In this document: in pieces, positions 13,623-26,290 of the stretch
Numbering within the stretch: the stretch's first letter is position 1
How the letters are laid out: every line of letters begins with the position of its first letter
NCBI GenBank assembly: GCA_951406725.2
Contig: OX597815.1
Span: 65,720,001-65,784,000, forward strand
Source: Octopus vulgaris
Taxonomy: Eukaryota
Direction of reading: 5' to 3'
DNA length: 64,000 bases
Program-made: the position numbers and the translations under genes
Notes under the pieces: model-generated
Seen by the model: only the letters and a program-made list of their open reading frames with translations
Told to the model about the DNA's origin: nothing
Databases searched by the model: none

Positions 13623-13854
13623 ATTTTTTTATTGTCGTTACTATGTACACCTGTCTCTTCTGAACTAGCTATCCTCCACTCTATCCACGCCTTACATATA
13701 CCTATATCCACTCCCTTCCCCACCCGCTATGCTGTTCCTTACTTTGATTACCTCCTTTACTTTGTTTACTAGCCCTTACATCCAATCCTTACTCCCTAGC
13801 TTCATTCCCACCAGAATTTTTTTTTTAACCCACGTTTATTTATTTTGTATACCT

Positions 13855-14151
13855 TTTATCTTTTACTTGTTTCATTCATTGGACTACGGCCATGCTGTGG
13901 CATCGGTTTTAGCTATTATTTCCAGTACTTATTTTTCTTATTTTCCCGATCTTTTATGCCGAAGCGCTACCCTACAGGGATGTAAGCAAACAATAACCGG
14001 TTGTCAAACGGTGGGCAGGGAGGACAAACGCATACACAAACATATTTATACTACGGGTTTACACACAGTTTCCGTGTACCTAATTTACTCAGAAGTTACT
14101 GGTCTGTCTGGAGCTATGATAAGAGACACTTTCCCAATGAGAAGCGCAGTG
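13855..14151 (-). mobile_element. Family B SINE truncated at the rearrangement junction
   Basis: SINE homology stops at GCGCAGTG, where the inverted duplication starts. Confidence 0.75.
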
Positions 14152-14369
14152 TCTTGTTTAAGATGACACTGCTTTCCTCCTATGGAGGAGGGGTCAAGAA
14201 AATGCGACCCAAAAATTGTTTACCCGCATTGCTCGTTGTCATTAGGTGCAAATGACTGGGTACCCAAACCTGCACCAGAAAATTAAGTAAATTGAAAGCA
14301 GAAAACCACTTTATTGCATTTTAGAATGTGAGAGCTCTTCAGGACAGCAAGAAAATATAAAACACACAC

Positions 14370-14463
<94 letters not shown>

Positions 14464-14534
14464 GAAGGCGCATGACTCAGTGGTTAGAGCGTCGAGCTTA
14501 CGATCGTGAGGTTGTGAGTTCGAATCCCGGACCT

Positions 14535-17365
14535 CTTTATTGCATCTTTGAATGTGAGAACTCTTCAGGACAGCAAGAAAAATATAGAACGTAGGACCGC
14601 TTTGGTTGCCTGTGTCTTGAAGGAAAAAACATCGGAATAGCAGCTCTTTCAGAAACCAGATTAGCGGACTGTGGCCAGCTACAAGAAATTGATGGTGAAT
14701 ACATCTTTTTCTGGATGGGTAAACCTCAAGAGGTAAAAAAAAAGGCAAGTGTTGGGTTTGCTATTCGGAATGACCTGGTGAAACAACTTGAATCTCTGCC
14801 TGTTAGCATTAGTGAAAGCCACATGTCATTGCGCATTGGCAAAAATAAACATGCACCTATTTTCAGCTGCTATGCTCCATCCATGAACTCAAATGAAGTA
14901 GTCAAAGAGCAGTTCTACTCTGAGCTACGTAGCCAGTTGAGAGGTGTCTCCATCCATGATAAACTTCTCCTCCTTGGTGATTTCAATGCACGTCTAGACT
15001 ATGATACATCTATATGGAGTAACGTAATCGGGAAGTATGGGGTTGGCAAGGCAAACTCAAACAACCATCTGATGCAATCGCTTTACAGAGAGACTTTTGA
15101 TTACCAGTACCATTTTCCAACTCCCCAAACACCACAAAACTACCTGGAAGCATCCCCAATGAAACCATTATCACCTCATAGATTACATAATTGTGAGGTT
15201 TTCCATGGGGGAAGATGTCTAAGTAACACGTTCTTTCTCCATTGGCGAGTGCTGATCTGACCATAGGCTGATACTATCAAAGGTGAATTTTACTATCCGC
15301 AGCCCTATTCGTAGCAATCGCACTCGACCAATTCAAAAAGTGGATGTAACAAAGCTGAGGAACAATGACAACCTCATTTCAAACAACCCGTGACAACATA
15401 CTTGCTCGTATCTCAGACAACACAGATATTGAATCAGCGTGGTCTACTTTTAAAAATCTTGTATTTGAGTCATCTTGTGAAACACTTGGGTGCGTTAAGA
15501 GGAAGTACCAAGATTAGTTTGATTTAAATGATCGTAACATCTACCCTCTTTTGGACAATATGCACAAGTGCCACTGTCAATGGATGTCAAATAGAAATAA
15601 TGCCACAAAATGCAATGAGTTTTAATAGGCCAGAAATACATCCCAATCTCAACTGAGGCAAATGAAACAGATATGGTGGCAAAGAAAGGCACAAGAATTG
15701 CAAGATGCTGCGGAGAGAAGTGACTCCAAGTCATTCTGCCAGAATTTAAATAGTGCATTTGGACCTGTGTCTGGTGGCTCAACTCCCTTACTTTCGACTT
15801 AGGGTAATCTTCAGACAAATAAAAAGGAAATCACGAAGCGCTGGGCAGAGCACTTTTCAAATGTTCTGAATATGAACTCAGTTGTTGATGAATAACTGAT
15901 CATCAACATACTACAAAGGCCTGTCCTTAAAGAACTGTCAGTCGCTTCATCAGATGCTGAAATAAAAAGGCCATAAAACAGCACGAATGGAAAGTCGTCT
16001 GGAGACGATAGCATACCAGTCGAGATGTATATAGTTGCAGTCTCCAGCTGAACAAGTTATGTGAACTTTTCTCCTTAATCTGGGAATCAAGATCAGTCCC
16101 ACAGGAGTTCAAAGACGCTTCTATTGTCCACCTTTATAAGCACAAAAAGGTTAACTTAAATAAAGTAAATGTTGCCTTTGCCAGCTTAGTGTTGCCTGAA
16201 TCTCAGTGTGCATTTCGGGCTGGTGGAGGCACAGTGAATATGATTTTTAGCCTTGTAGACCTAACTAAAGCTTTCGACACCGTATCTAGGGATGCTCTTT
16301 GGGTTGTTCGTAGAAAGTTAGGTGTTCCAGAAACGATGTTCAATGTCCTGATTTCTTTCCACCAAAGGATGATGGCTTCTGTCAGATGTAGCGGGGGAGT
16401 ATCCAATTCATTTACAGTCTCAAATGCGACAAAACAAGACTGTGTTCTTGCACTACTATTATTTGCTTTGTATTTCTCCGTCATGTTGGAAACAACGTTC
16501 GAGGATGATAAAGAAAACTGAGCTTGTCTATCAGGCCATTCGTGACCATCTTCTCGCTGTATATGTTGATGGAAAAGTATTAAAACTTGTTTCTTTCGTT
16601 ACTTATCTTGGTTCCATTTTACCCGATGATGCGAAAATGGATAAAGAATCGAGAAGGCTAGTCCTGCTTTCGGTAAGCTTTATCACAGGCTGTGGAACAG
16701 CCACGACGTATCGTTGAAGGTGAAATTTAATGTATATAAGTCGGTGGTCTTGACAACAGTGTTCTATGGTGCTGAATCTTGGACTTTGTACCGAAAGCAC
16801 ATCAATCAGCTTGACGCTTTTCATATGCCATGCTTGCGTACTATCTCCAACATAAAACCGAGTGACCATATTCATAACAGTGAGGTACTCACAAAATGCA
16901 ATATATCAGGTATTGAAGCCATTCTCATCAAAATACAGCTTAGCTGGTCAGGTCATCTATCACGTATGAGTGATATTAGAATTCCGAAGCAACTTCTCTT
17001 TGGCTAATTTCCAACAAAAAGGTCAGTTGCAAGGCCCCTCTTCCACTTTAAAGACAAACTAAAAGGCAATCTCGATGCATCATTTCCTTTTTTTCCTGCT
17101 TCTCCTCAGTTCAAAAATTTGAGCAAAATCGACTCCAACACCGGGACCAACTTCGTGCAAGCATGAAAGTATGCTGGTAAAACACTGCTCCTCTAAATGG
17201 AAACCTTACCTGTCATTGTAGTTTTGTGGCACGAAGCAAAGCAAGCCTAGTCGTCCACTCAAGAAAACACACAGTAAACTAAGTCCTCAACTTGTTCCAT
17301 TTGCCAAAAGGCTTGCAAGGTACCAGCAGGCTTTAAGAGACACGTTTGTGTCCATAGAACATGAT
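14535..17365 (+). pseudogene. RTE LINE ORF (APE endonuclease + reverse transcriptase), many stops, frameshifts and deletions
   Basis: NVRTL, VGFAI, CYAPS, LLGDFNAR (APE); LPESQCAFR, VDLTKAFDTV, KQDCVLA (RT); YGAESWT, WSGHLSRMSDIRIPKQLLFG; C-terminal CxxC...HxxxH. Confidence 0.92.
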
Positions 17366-17454
17366 CAATGCTTTATTTTACTGAACTATCATTTGTCGTT
17401 CACGACAAGAGAATCCATCCATCCACACACACATACACACATATATGGAAGACC

Positions 17455-17681
17455 AGCAGTCGCCCATGCATACTAGCCTCCCCTCTCCACACCACCAGTG
17501 TTATCCAAGGGAAAGGCAAAGGCCTATACAGCTTGGCACCTTTGACGTCGCAACTCATTTCTACAGTTGAGTGAACTCGAACAACATGAAATAAAGTGTC
17601 TTGCTCAGTCTGGTCCGGGATTCGAACTCACAACCTCACGATCGTAAGCTCGATGCTCTAACCACTGAGCCATGCGCCTTC
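17455..17681 (-). mobile_element. Family C tRNA-derived SINE
   Basis: AAGGCGCATGGCTCAGTGGTTAGAGCATCG...GAGTTCGAATCCCGGACC with A and B boxes. Confidence 0.88.
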
Positions 17682-17684
17682 ACA

Positions 17685-17794
<110 letters not shown>

Positions 17795-18365
17795 TGTGTA
17801 TGTGTGTGTGTGTTTTATATTTTCTTGCTGTCCTGAAGAGCTCTCACATTCTAAAATGCAATAAAGTGGTTTTCTGCTTTCAATTTACTTAATTTTCTGG
17901 TGCAGATTTGGGTAGCCAGTCATTTGCACCTAATGGCAACGAGCAATGCGGGTAAACAATTCTGGGTCGCATTTTCTTGACCCCTCCTCCATAGGAGGAA
18001 AGCAAGTGTCATCTTAAACAAGACACTAATTACACAATTACCCGCAGATGTTGCGTAAAGCGGCCATCTATCTTTCACCACCTATGTGCAAAGTTCAAGC
18101 TAAGTACGTCTAATGATATCCTTCACCTGTTCTCGTCGCTATCCCTTCATCGTCATAGGATCTCTTATGGGGATGGGGGTGGGGTAGACTCTCTACACCA
18201 AAACATGATGGTGGTATTTGCTGATAGCATTTTGCTGAACTACCTGCATATGGTTTTGTTTATAGCGGTCATTGCCTGTGCAGTACAATGCACACTCTTT
18301 CCATCAAAAAAGGCATTTACCTGCTCTGATACGTGTGCCACGTATCAGATGCTAAATCGATCACA

Positions 18366-18563
18366 GATTTGAAATCAGAGTGACCTTCTCCTATTCTAGT
18401 GGCTCAAAAGCTACAGAGCCCAGACTGCCCTATGAGTAAGTAGATACTGATAGGGCACATCAACTAAGGGGACTGTTAGCAACCACAAACCTGGTTTTAT
18501 ATCAGAGATTTCCTCCTCCTAGATGAGTTGCCCGCACCAAGGCTAAGGAGCCCCATCTGCCCC
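18366..18563 (-). ncRNA. Two tandem copies of a pseudoknotted motif at the RTE 5' end (candidate ribozyme or cis-element)
   Basis: Copies 18493-18563 and 18366-18431 share GGGCAG..GGGCTC..TAGC..GC.AC..TAGGAG.AGG...CTCTGA with pairing mostly preserved. Confidence 0.5.
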
Positions 18564-18747
18564 ATACATATATGAAAATACAAAAAAAAACGAAGTAAAA
18601 ATATATGAAATTTCAAAATATCAATAAGATATATAAAGCAATATATACATATATACATGTCTACACACATTTTGTTGGATGACCGTTGACTACTCATGAG
18701 TTCCTCCGCCCTTTGTATATATATATATATACACGCAAACATACGTA

Positions 18748-18793
<46 letters not shown>

Positions 18794-18834
18794 TGTATAT
18801 TTATACCTACATATATACATTCATACATACAAAC

Positions 18835-19741
18835 ATACTATGCAAAACCTATGGCCTCAAAATACCTGATCCACCGGAACTCAGCCATTGCGGGCAATGC
18901 CAAATTCAATATTTTGATGGCAGACCTCGTCAGAATAATGAGAAATGTGTCACGCATGTGCGAGCCTACAGAATTAAAGAGACACATACAGTATTTCATT
19001 CACCGCATGCAGTTCTCAGGTTACAGCCATAAAGAAAGGATCAGAGTATACAAAGGAGCCATGAAGAAATTTGATAATATATTATGTAATGATAGGAATG
19101 GGATTTGCCCACTCTATAGGAACAAGTCATGGAACACTATAGAAAGGACAAAAAAGAAAATAAGGAAGGCCAACTCTTGGTATGATAGCCATAAATACCA
19201 GAGTGTCATGTTCGTTGACACCACCCCTGGAGGTGAACTAGCGTACCGCTTTAGAAGGACCGTAGATAAACTTAAACTAAGAATTAAGGTTGTTGAAAAG
19301 CCAGGCAACCCTATCAGATCTATAATTGGTAGAACCTATCCTTTTAGTAGAACTCTCTGTACGGATAACTATTGCACTGTATGTAGATTTAGCCCACAAA
19401 CGAACTGTAAAGCCAGAAATGTGGTCTATAGTATAAGATGTATAGAGGGACGATGCAGTAACAAGACAGTAACATACGTAGGGGAAACTGCAAGAAGCAT
19501 TGGTGAGCGGGTGAATGAACATTGGAGACAACTCAAGGAAGGTAAAAGCTCATCGATTCTGTACCAACACGTCGAACAAGAACACGGGGGATCAATCAAT
19601 AACATAGAGATTAAGATATTGTCCACACATAGAACAGATGCAACAATTAGACAAATTACAGAAGCTACACATATAATAGAAAATAAACCTAGCCTGAATA
19701 GAAAACTAGAATGGAGCAATAGCGCACACCACAACATATGA
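18835..19741 (+). CDS. 5'-truncated Penelope-like retroelement ORF (RT thumb, linker, GIY-YIG endonuclease)
   Basis: YAKPMAS...RMQFSGYS; CTVC...[12 protein letters not shown]...[16 protein letters not shown]...H...EH...RQITEATHI...LNRK; the ORF-track N-terminus is microsatellite. Confidence 0.88.
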
Positions 19742-20287
19742 CAATAGTGGATCCTGCAAACATAATAAATACACAGGTAATTAAAGAAATAGAAATGAAT
19801 ATCTATATATATGTATATGTGTATATATATGTATATGTATATGTGTATATATGTGTGTATATATGTATATATATATATATGTATATGTATATGTATGTAT
19901 ATATATATATGTATATGTATATGTATGTATATATATATATGTATATGTATATTCTTTTTTTTTTTTTTTTCGATTAGATTTATTATTATTATTATTACTA
20001 ATATTGTTGTTATACATACATACAAGCATATGTAATGATAATAATGGGTGGATGTAAACACATGAACAAAATTAGAACAAAAGCAACAACAACAAAAACA
20101 AAATACAAATTACAAGAATGTATATAACCAGAAGATACAAATATTACAGGTATCCCCCCCACACACACACTAAATAAACATAGACGCACATAGAGATATA
20201 AGCATGCGCAAATGAAGACATACAATAGAAATACAAAATGGCTGACGGTTAGTAAGGAGAGACACAAGTAAGTGAGAAGAAAACAAA

Positions 20288-20332
20288 GGACCACTGATGC
20301 GGTCACAGGAGTGTGACGAAAGAACTTTGGCC
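20288..20332 (+). ncRNA. Type I hammerhead-like motif in the 3' UTR of the PLE (A9 mutated to C)
   Basis: CCA CTGATGC G GTCACA-GGAG-TGTGAC GAAA G-AA-C TT TGG. Confidence 0.6.
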
Positions 20333-20478
20333 GAAATAAGATTAAGATTAATGTAAAAAATAAATATCACTGAAGCAAAATAACACCAAATATATAGTGC
20401 GTGTGTTTTTATTGGCTAAACTGGCAATATGACCATTCCGAAATATAACAATATGTATATATATATATATATATATAT

Positions 20479-21064
<586 letters not shown>

Positions 21065-21418
21065 GTTCGAGTTATGAAATGTTATGTGGATGACCTTGCA
21101 TTTGTTTGTTCTATAACCTTAGTTTGATATATTTGACTCTTTCAATTGAGCACTTCTATAGCAGTCCTATTAAACATTTTGTTCCTGATAAGAAACAATC
21201 ACTGTATTATTGATATATATATATATATAATAATATATTATTATTATTAGGAAATCAATATAAAAACTCTTCAGAAAGATATACGTGTGAAAAATAATTG
21301 TATTAAAAATATAAAAATATATAGATATAAATATGTATAAAAATATATGTAAATATGTATAAGTATAAATATATAATGTATATGAGAGTTTAAAAGTTTT
21401 GAATTAATTATTTAAAGC

Positions 21419-21508
21419 ATCTTACGATCGTTTCACAGAAGAGTTGTCCCTGTAATGAAATCCTATATTGATAAGCATTTATAGACAACGCTTCTGCTCT
21501 TCAGAGAT
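21419..21508 (-). ncRNA. Type I hammerhead ribozyme with canonical core
   Basis: ATCT CTGAAGA GCAGAAG.GTTGTC...GACAAC.CTTCTGT GAAAC-GATC-GTA AGAT; palindromic helix III ACGATCGT; GUA site. Confidence 0.8.
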
Positions 21509-21789
21509 ATAAAATTTGAATTCTGTATAACATATCGAATGGTAGTTCTTTTTAAAAATTTGAAGTAAAACTGTAAAATGGTGTTTGTTTGAAATCTAAA
21601 TTAAAAATTAAAAATTACTGCTTTTGATGAAAGTCTTTAAATCCATATATACTTCCTTGGTTATTCTTGTGCAATAATCCATAATATTCATATGTAAAAT
21701 CCGTTATATTATCTTGTATTCCAAATATAGTTCATATAGTTAGTTTAGAAATGTGAAATTTGTATAAATGAAACCATTTTACTTGAGAC

Positions 21790-21994
21790 ATGACTACGTT
21801 AGGCAGGACAAGTTGACAGGATAAAAGACCACCGCCTGCCCATGATCATCATGTGCGGTGAGCCCACCAATGGGCACCGCAACAGGAGGGTACCAAGGAA
21901 GCGTTACAAGGACTGCCCTTAGCGTTTGTGACATGGATTATCGTGAGTGGTCCACTCTAACAGCTGACCGTGTTGCTTGGCGCCATACCATCAG
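21790..21994 (+). pseudogene. RTE LINE 3' fragment
   Basis: AGQVDRIKDHRLPMIIMCGE...RKRYKDC...TADRVAWRHTI. Confidence 0.75.
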
Positions 21995-23155
21995 GTAATT
22001 TGAAGCCCTCCATTTCTATTGCACACTCCGTTCATTTTCATGAATTATATAAGAATATGGAACTTTTACATCATGTCATTGCCTATGAAAGATACTCATG
22101 GAAAATATGTGGAGATTTAAAAGTCATTGGAATGTTAGTAGAGATGCAGTTAGGTTTCAAAAAATTATGTTGTTTCTTGTGTCTATGGGATAGCCGGGCA
22201 ACTGACAAACATATTCGGAATCAAACTGTCAGACAAGAACATCATACCAGCCAGGACTGTCTAGCGTCAAGAATACACCTCTTATAGATCCATGTAATGT
22301 CCTATTGCCTTCTTTGCACATAAAGCTTGGACTGAGGAAACAGTTTGTAAAGACACTAGGGAAGAGATATGCCAGAGGGTTTGAGTGTATTGTAGACAAG
22401 TTTCCCCAAATCACAGGCGAAGTTGAAAGAGGGTATCTTTGTCGGACCCCAAATTAGAGAAGTACTCAGAGATGTCAACTTCAAGACAACACTGGACGAG
22501 CTGGAAGTGCCGGCCAGAAATGCTTTCAATTGCATCTGTGAGAATTTATTGGGTAACAAGAAGGGAATGGACTACAAAGATGGCATCAAGAATCTTCTGA
22601 AATGTTAGTCAGTAATGGGTTGTCGCATGTCACATAAAGTTCATTTCTTGGACTCGCATCTGGATTTCTTCGCAGATAACCTTGGAGCAGTGTCTGATGA
22701 ACATGGTGAAAGATTTCACCAGGACATTAGTGCTATGAAGAAACGGTAGCAAGGCTTCTGGAATGACAGTATGCTGGCTGAGTACTGCTGGCCACTTTAC
22801 CGTAATCAACCAGATCAGGAATACCGTAGGAAAATCTAAATCACGTTTCTAACTCTGTTGTTCTAACTTTGTTTATTTTGTCTGGCCTATTTTTTGTGTA
22901 TTCACTCTTTGTAGAATGACAGCAATGATTTTTAACTCAATAAGTTCATTTACTTTCCAAAAATAATGTCCTTATTTATTACGTAAATAATTTCATATAT
23001 ACAAATATGTAAATATTTGCATGTATCTACTGAAAAACCGATACGTGCTGCATACAAGTGGAGTGAAATTTTGAAAAATCAGCATGAAAAATTAGTCTAA
23101 AAACGTTGACTTGCATTCATAATAAGTATAATATATTTAATTTTGTTGACCAGTG
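21995..23155 (+). mobile_element. Chapaev (CMC, Chapaev3-like) DNA transposon 3' half with decayed transposase
   Basis: WKICGDLKVI, CFLCLWDSR, LHIKLGL, KEGIFVGPQIR, KVHFLDSHLDFF, SDEHGERFHQDI, MLAEYCW; ends GTTGACCAGTG. Confidence 0.82.
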
Positions 23156-23204
23156 TTATCAAGCCTATCACGCAGAACATCGGTGTTCGCCTCCAAAATG
23201 GAGA

Positions 23205-23205
23205 C

Positions 23206-23257
<52 letters not shown>

Positions 23258-23306
23258 TATAGATAGATAGATAGATAGATAGATAGACAGACAGATAGAT
23301 AGATAA

Positions 23307-23380
<74 letters not shown>

Positions 23381-23430
23381 GGATGGATGGATAGATGGAT
23401 GGATGGATGGATGGATGGATGGATGGATGA
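23205..23430. repeat. (GATA)n/(GGAT)n microsatellite
   Basis: Directly visible. Confidence 0.97.
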
Positions 23431-23620
23431 ATAGTAATAATAATTCGAGAAGCAAATTACGGGAGTTATTTTATATACTGGGATACAAAATATATTGATT
23501 ATATTTTTAAGTCGATTGGTGCATCACCCATACTTCATCATGTGCCTGAATGCCATAACTAAAAGTGATTCGTTCCATGACTCATATAAACTTCCGTCGC
23601 CGCCTCTTCCTCCTCCTTTT

Positions 23621-23635
23621 CACCATCACCATCAC

Positions 23636-23690
<55 letters not shown>

Positions 23691-23715
23691 GTCATCATCA
23701 TCATCATCATCCTCG

Positions 23716-23755
<40 letters not shown>

Positions 23756-23770
23756 CGTCGTCGACGTCGT
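23621..23770. repeat. (CAT)n microsatellite
   Basis: Directly visible. Confidence 0.95.
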
Positions 23771-24510
23771 CCTCATTATCACCCTCATCCTTATCGGTCG
23801 AGCAATATACCATATTCACCTGGCTTTACTCTTTAAACCCCACCAAACAGACTAGGTTTGTTATTCCTAATAACTTTCTATTTATTCACTGATAATGTTG
23901 GCTTTCACACCAATGAAACGTTATTATATTTCCAACATCTAAAGTCGTCATCACAAGAACATAGTCTTCGTCGTCGTTGTTAGTGGTGGTAGTACTGCTT
24001 ACGACTGTTGCTTCTAATCTTGTTCTTGGTGTTACTAATATCATTACTACTGATGCTGTTGCTGTTGTTGCTGTTGCCGCCGTTGTCGTCGTCGTTTTTG
24101 CTTTTTCTTTTCCTTCTTTTCCCTTTTCTTTTCCTTCACAAGACACAGTATTTAGCCCATAAAAATAAACCCAAACAATCCCCCTTTCACGGCACTTTCC
24201 TTACCTTATCGTATCATTACTTCCAGAGAACAGTAAATTACTATGGAACAAGATTGGACTTTTGTTGTTGTTGTTGTTTAGCCCAAGGTCAACAGTGATC
24301 ATGAAGAGTTATGATCAAACATGTTCCCTATATACCCTGCTCATTATTGTCTAACATCCAACATCATCCTTTTTGTACATGAGGGAAATTTGGCTGTTAT
24401 TTCTAGCATTCACCAACTCCACTCCTGTCATGGCTATCCATCCTTTCTTCTTTATGGCTCTTCTACTGTTTTTTTTTTTAATCTTTTTGTGTTTTACTTT
24501 GTATACTGTA

Positions 24511-25022
24511 ATGTAATGCCTCATTATACGAGTTAATTTGTTCCTTGATACCACTCGTAAAGCAGGGCAAGGATTTTCCATAGTAGCGATGTTATAAATC
24601 GTAATTTGTTCCCACAAAAAATATTTTACCTATAAAATTTATAATACTCGTAAATGAATGGAAATAAAACAACAGTAGAATCGAAAGAATGTAAAGTAAA
24701 AAGTATGTCAAAATCATTTATAAAAAAATATATTATCATAATCATTTTCTGAATCACTTTCACTCGCACTAGACTCACGCACACCATCACTAGTAGATGC
24801 GATCGCCGTTTCACAAGCACTCGTAGACAGGCTTGTAGGTTTCTTTTCAAAAAACAAGTCTAGAGTTGTTTGCTTAGAAAAAGCTTTCTTTCGCTCTCTA
24901 TAAACTTAATGTATCATGTGCTTGAACAATTTCAGCTCACCATACAAAAGTGAGCTGAAAAATAAAACTCGTGAACCCGGAGTCTCGTAAAGCGGGTCGT
25001 CGTAAAGGGAGGTATTACTGTA
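24511..25022. mobile_element. Tigger/pogo-type MITE
   Basis: Termini GTAATGCCTC...GAGGTATTACTG-TA with repeated CTCGTA subterminal motifs. Confidence 0.55.
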
Positions 25023-25235
25023 CTTGTACTTCTATTATTGTCCTATTCCTTTACTAGGCTTATTGCTGCTTTCTGTACCATCTTTTGCACTATATTCATT
25101 AAGCTCGTTGTTGTTGTTGTTATTATTATTATTCAGTAGTCTTATTTTTATCACGTGCTTTCACTGCTCTACGAGTGCAACTGTGTGTGTCTTGAGTATG
25201 TGCTGTGTTTTGTTGTGGTGCTCTTATTTTCACTC

Positions 25236-25322
<87 letters not shown>

Positions 25323-25327
25323 CATCA

Positions 25328-25778
25328 TTGAGTGAGAGAGCAGTGCATGCCATCAAAATGACACTGAGGTAAAATATACGAAGTCCAGTATACCCATCAT
25401 GACTACCCGTCTGATAAGGATATACTAGGCACATGCATCACAACCATATGTGCGCGACATGGTACTCTCATATCAAGATAAACAGCGCATGACCTAGCAG
25501 GTGGGGCCCAGTCAGAATTTTCTTCAGGTTGAGTAGCCCATCTCGCTCCAAAGGTCCCTGAATAAGGCTTGTTTAAGGATGTTGAACAAAACACCCATCT
25601 TTCCAAAGGTGAATTATCCCAAACTCCAAAGAATTCCTCTCAACACATGGCTATGATGCTCCCCCACTACTTCTGTTCGTGATCAGAGATGCACATGTTG
25701 TCAGCATTTAAGAGGCATGCTCAACTAGTTAAGGTCAAACAACTGACAAGAAAATTTGTGGTATTGAGCAGAATATTT
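25328..25778. mobile_element. Interspersed repeat embedded in (ATT)n tracts, probably a LINE UTR or SINE-like element
   Basis: Complex sequence flanked on both sides by ATT microsatellite; family not identified. Confidence 0.4.
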
Positions 25779-25810
25779 TATTATTATTATTGTTGTTGTT
25801 GTTGTTGTTG

Positions 25811-25849
<39 letters not shown>

Positions 25850-25851
<2 letters not shown>

Positions 25852-26290
25852 TGTCTTCCTGCTTCAATTTTCTTCCTATTTCTTGCAGAGTGTCTTCCTG
25901 ACACCTAGGACAAAGAAAATCATTGTACACATTGATAGGCCATTAAGATAAACACTCCAGATTGTTCAGTTACAAAATCAAATAAGTTTTGAAAAACAAA
26001 GTTATTTGCATGAAAACTTATCGTTTTCATAGTGACAATGCTCTTTTGAATACGTATGACGTACCAGTTAAAACAATTTTTGTACTTCTTGCGGGAATGG
26101 TAAGCCAAATATCATTCTCAAATAATTTTCAGTTCCTTCTTTTGATCATTCCCGATGCTTCTACAATCATTTATATTGCAGCCGCCTTGAGATGCCACAT
26201 TTATTTTCTGATTTCAGTGAGCAAATTTAAAAAGATTTTTCAGACAGTCTAATATTTTTGACAAGATATTACGATCACAAAGGCTATTAA
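25850..26290 (-). pseudogene. 3' end of an R4/Dong-type RLE non-LTR retrotransposon ending in (TAA)n
   Basis: Frameshifted EIRK.MWHLK...IVEASGMIK...KIVLTGTSYVFKRALS, then UTR and TAA repeats. Confidence 0.7.

Noticed and set aside
14468-14533. tRNA gene
   Set aside because: It is the head of the SINE family seen in longer form at 17455-17681.
23495-23855. His-rich or Asp-rich protein ORFs
   Set aside because: (CAT)n microsatellite translations.
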